DNA from: Promethearchaeota archaeon
GTDB lineage: Archaea > Asgardarchaeota > Lokiarchaeia > Sigyniarchaeales > SOKP01
DNA length: 51,573 nucleotides
Reading direction: 5' to 3'
Assembly: GCA_008080735.1 (NCBI GenBank)
Contig: SHMW01000022.1
Coordinates: 1 to 51,573 of the forward strand
In this document: piece after piece, positions 48,258 to 51,573 of the stretch
Layout: each line of letters begins with the position of its first letter
Numbering within the stretch: the first letter of the stretch is position 1
Program-made: the position numbers and the translations under genes
The notes under the pieces: model-generated
Told to the model about the DNA's origin: nothing
What the model saw: only the letters and a program-made list of their open reading frames with translations
Databases searched by the model: none

Positions 48258-50318
48258 ATGAAGATATTGTTAATCCATTCTGATGGTGTAGAAGTTCATA
48301 AAAATAAAGAAGCAACTGCAAATCCTCAGGAGTTTGATAAAGACGTTATTTCAATGGAAGGATTAGTGCTAGTTGCCTATGTGTCTGTAGAAGATCAAGA
48401 TACCTACGATATTGATGTTATCTCTAAACAAGGGGCGGATGTAATAGAAAATGCTATCCTATCCATTACGGGCTTCCCTGAACGCATACGTCAAAAAAAT
48501 GAAGAAACTAGAGAGCATAACCGAAAAATCGAACAAGGCAAGCTTAAAGGCAATACTCGAGAATTAAAGGAGCTAATTCTAGAACATACTCAGTACAGAG
48601 TAGATAAGGTATTGGTATATCCATGGGCTCACTTAAGTAAGTTTTTGAGTAATAGCCCAAAAGCAATGGATGTCTGTCCGCGTATAGCAAATATTCTTGA
48701 GGAAAGGGGAATTGAAGCAAATTATTCTCCTTTTGGGTGGTATAAATCATTTAAAATCAATTGCTTAGGTCATGAATTAGCAGAAATGTATCGAGACGTC
48801 AAATTATATATCCAACCTGAAGAACATCTTGAGACAGCAAAATTTAAGGTAATATCTTCAGAAGGTAACCTATATGATATTCAATTCGATAGCCAAGGGG
48901 GATATAAAGGAGTAGCTCAAATTGAAGATAAAGATTTTGATTTATTCCTACGTTCTGAATTGGGTTCTCGGGAAGTTAATAAGGAAGGGGAAGAACCACC
49001 TCATATAAAAGCAATGAAGGAATTTGAACTCGTTGATTTTGAACCAAATACAGATTCTGGGAATCTAAGATGGTATACTAAAGGTGTTATAATGAAGAAT
49101 TTGATTAAACAATACATAGAAGATTCATTAATTGATTTTGGAGCGGTTTTAGTAGATACACCAATTATGTATACGGTAAAGAATGATAAGCTCACAGCTC
49201 AGACTGCTCGGTTTCCCGCTCGAACTTACTGGGTCGAATCTGGTCGTAATAGATACTTATTACGCTTTGCAGGTGATTTTCTGCAGTTTGATATGTTTAG
49301 TGAGATGAATTTACGTCCTGAATACTTTCCGCTACGAGTATATGAATGGGAACAATATGATTTTCGACGAGAACAAGAAGGAGAATTAACGGGTTTACGA
49401 AGATTAAGAGGGTTTGTCATGCCAGATTTCCATACCTTATGTAAAGATTTACCATCGTCTGTAAAAGAATTCAAAAAGCAATATGATTTAGACAAGTCTC
49501 TTATGGAGGATTTAGGTTTAAAATCGTATATAATATTTCGAACCACCGAAAAATTTTTCAAAGATAATAAAGAATGGATTGTAGAATTAGTGAAAAAAGA
49601 AAAACAGCCTGCTCTCTTAGAATTATGGGAGGATAGATATTATTATTTTATTCTCAAATTCGAAAGAGCTGTGCTCTCCGCTCAAAACAAAAGTGCAACA
49701 TTAGCAACTATCCAAATAGATGTGGAGAGTTCATTGGAATTTATAGAACAAGATGGTAAAAAACGACAGAAATATAATATTTCGTTTAAGGATATAGATG
49801 GAGAGATAAAGCATCCAATAATCCTTCATAATGCACCTGCGGGAGGATTAGAACGGATTATTTGGGGTTTACTCGAGTCTGCAGAACGAAATATCGAAAA
49901 AATAGTTCCAGGGTTTGAAACGTGGTTGTCTCCAATTCAAGTAAGAATATTGACCATTAGTGAAGATCAAAATAGTTATGCTGAACAGATTTTAGAAGAA
50001 CTAAACAATGCTGGTTATCGAACCGATTTTGATGACAGAGATGAAACTTTAGGTAAAAAAATACGAAGAGCAGAAATTGATTGGATTCCATATACGATTA
50101 TAATCGGAGATAAAGAACAAGAAAATAAAACTATCTCAATCAGAAAGAGATTAATAAATCAAGAATTCAAATCTAAGAAAAGAACTTCGCAACAAATCAA
50201 TAATATAAAATTAGAGGATTTACTGAACATGTTGGGGGAAGAGACGAGTAATTATCCTAAATATAAACTTCCCAAACCTTTTAGAAGATTCTCTACAAAA
50301 ATTTATTTCAGAAAATAA
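48258..50318 (+). CDS. thrS: Threonine--tRNA ligase, archaeal type with D-aminoacyl-tRNA deacylase-like editing domain
   Basis: MKILLIHSD start, YPWAHLS, SPFGWYK, FRREQ.GEL.GL.RLR.F.MPD.H, GGLER, W.SPIQVR. Confidence 0.95.
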   Translation: MKILLIHSDGVEVHKNKEATANPQEFDKDVISMEGLVLVAYVSVEDQDTYDIDVISKQGADVIENAILSITGFPERIRQKNEETREHNRKIEQGKLKGNTRELKELILEHTQYRVDKVLVYPWAHLSKFLSNSPKAMDVCPRIANILEERGIEANYSPFGWYKSFKINCLGHELAEMYRDVKLYIQPEEHLETAKFKVISSEGNLYDIQFDSQGGYKGVAQIEDKDFDLFLRSELGSREVNKEGEEPPHIKAMKEFELVDFEPNTDSGNLRWYTKGVIMKNLIKQYIEDSLIDFGAVLVDTPIMYTVKNDKLTAQTARFPARTYWVESGRNRYLLRFAGDFLQFDMFSEMNLRPEYFPLRVYEWEQYDFRREQEGELTGLRRLRGFVMPDFHTLCKDLPSSVKEFKKQYDLDKSLMEDLGLKSYIIFRTTEKFFKDNKEWIVELVKKEKQPALLELWEDRYYYFILKFERAVLSAQNKSATLATIQIDVESSLEFIEQDGKKRQKYNISFKDIDGEIKHPIILHNAPAGGLERIIWGLLESAERNIEKIVPGFETWLSPIQVRILTISEDQNSYAEQILEELNNAGYRTDFDDRDETLGKKIRRAEIDWIPYTIIIGDKEQENKTISIRKRLINQEFKSKKRTSQQINNIKLEDLLNMLGEETSNYPKYKLPKPFRRFSTKIYFRK

Positions 50319-50333
50319 ATTCGGAGATATAAA

Positions 50334-50960
50334 ATGAGCATAAAAGTAATTCTTTTTGATCTGGGAGGAGTTTTTTTGGAATTAGATTTTTCAAATTTTT
50401 ATGATAAAATAATCTCTCCAAGTCCACTTAATAAACCACAAGCACCCCTAATGTTACGGTTCTTTCGACAATCTGATATCTATCACGAGGGGAGGATGAG
50501 TGACGAGGAATTTTATAATTTAGCATGTGACATCCTTCAAGCAAACAAGGAGGAACTTAGTCAAAAAGAATTTTTTGATGCTTTTAATAGCATCATATCT
50601 AGCATAAATAAAGATATGGTAGAGCTATTGAAAAAATTAAAGGAACACGGGAAATACAAGTTATTGGCTATTTCAAATATCAATTCAAGCCATTGGGAAT
50701 ATTTACAGAACCGTGAATGTGATTTTATCGATTATTTCGATGAGTTAATCCTCTCTCATGAAGTACATATTACTAAACCCAATCATAAAATTTTTCAAAT
50801 TGCAATTGAACAAGCGAATTGTGAACCCAGGGAAATCTTGTATATCGATGATGGATTAAATAATGTGAAATCTGCCAGAGAGCTTGGTATAAAAGGAGTG
50901 AATTTTACCGATACACAGGATTTGATATCCCAATTTGAGGACTTAGGAATTTATGTATAA
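50334..50960 (+). CDS. HAD-superfamily phosphatase (YihX-like)
   Basis: FDLGGV, SNIN..HW, KP, YIDD...NV..A..LGI. Confidence 0.9.
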   Translation: MSIKVILFDLGGVFLELDFSNFYDKIISPSPLNKPQAPLMLRFFRQSDIYHEGRMSDEEFYNLACDILQANKEELSQKEFFDAFNSIISSINKDMVELLKKLKEHGKYKLLAISNINSSHWEYLQNRECDFIDYFDELILSHEVHITKPNHKIFQIAIEQANCEPREILYIDDGLNNVKSARELGIKGVNFTDTQDLISQFEDLGIYV

Positions 50961-50982
50961 GTTACGAATCTATGACCTAAAT

Positions 50983-51540
50983 TCATATATTTTGAAAGCT
51001 TTCTAAGCATGCACGAGCTATTCTTCCAAACGCCTCATCCACTTTTTCTCCTGTTTTCGCAGAAGTTTCCAAATAGTCACATTTCAAGCGTTCGGCCAAA
51101 TCTTTTGCCTCGGAGGGATCAACCTTCCTTTCTAAATCAATTTTATTTCCGAGTAGTATCATAGGAATATTCTTTTTCACCGATTTCTTAATTGAAGAAA
51201 CCCATCCTGGAATTTTCAATAGTGTTTGGGCTTCAGTCACGTCGTACACACCTAAAGCTCCATTACTTCCCTTAAAATATATTGATCTCAATTTCTGGAA
51301 AGCTGTTTGCCCTGCTATATCCCAAATTAATAATCTTATAGAAATGTCTTCTATAGTTAAATCTTTTACCAAGAAATTAGAGCCTATGGTCTTCTTTAAA
51401 TCAGGTGTAAAGGAGTCTTTGATATAGCGCAGAAGGAGGGAGGTCTTTCCCACGGCTTCACTTCCAAATAATGTAATTTTAAATTTATACTGACCTTTTT
51501 TTGAAATTTTAATAACCCATCTAATTAATTGAAATATCAA
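50983..51540 (-). CDS. Rab-like small GTPase (eukaryotic signature protein)
   Basis: G1 GSEAVGKTS, G2 TIG, G3 WDIAGQ, G4 NKID, G5 ETSAK; start codon uncertain. Confidence 0.93.
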   Translation of the reverse strand: MIFQLIRWVIKISKKGQYKFKITLFGSEAVGKTSLLLRYIKDSFTPDLKKTIGSNFLVKDLTIEDISIRLLIWDIAGQTAFQKLRSIYFKGSNGALGVYDVTEAQTLLKIPGWVSSIKKSVKKNIPMILLGNKIDLERKVDPSEAKDLAERLKCDYLETSAKTGEKVDEAFGRIARACLESFQNI

Positions 51541-51573
51541 TGAAAGTAGAGATATATTTCTAATATATAACTT

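Noticed and set aside
904-49561. Numerous 60-140 aa ORFs nested in or antisense to real genes (e.g. 2213..2545, 3030..3455, 21965..22279, 33226..33579, 37974..38354, 49226..49561)
   Set aside because: Shadow ORFs of well-supported genes with no family motifs
1-51573. Selenocysteine/pyrrolysine readthrough, mobile elements, prophage
   Set aside because: Recognised proteins, including the Prx and Fe-S proteins, have Cys at catalytic sites and appear full length; no transposase, integrase, terminal repeats or viral genes were recognised

Overview
AT-rich, gene-dense archaeal chromosomal segment, most likely from an Asgard archaeon of the Lokiarchaeia/Promethearchaeota type. The assignment is an inference from archaeal GluRS, ThrRS, SepRS, RibK/RibL, a BHB-intron tRNA, a Rab-like GTPase and a longin-wHTH protein. 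About 54 CDSs and one intron-containing tRNA-Arg(GCG) are supported; no CRISPR array, transposase or integrase was seen. The best candidate for an undescribed system is a co-oriented minus-strand cluster at 24290-30474. It encodes a farnesol-dehydrogenase-like extended SDR, an atypical VAO/GlcD-type flavoprotein, a GlcF/HdrD-type Fe-S/CCG protein fused to an SCP2-like lipid-binding domain, a divergent aldehyde dehydrogenase, and a free-standing paralogue of the same SCP2-like domain. This may be an oxidation module for a lipophilic (isoprenoid or ether-lipid) substrate. Other highlights are a membrane-tethered bPH_2-XRE-HTH fusion paired with a soluble XRE regulator and twin palindromic operators, and a 3-TM mini-protein resembling the sensor module of the adjacent histidine kinase. 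Also notable are a ubiquitin-like protein without the C-terminal GG, a translin/C3PO homologue between two tRNA synthetases, and a CDS whose stop codon lies inside the antisense tRNA. All family calls come from motif recognition by eye; no searches were run.
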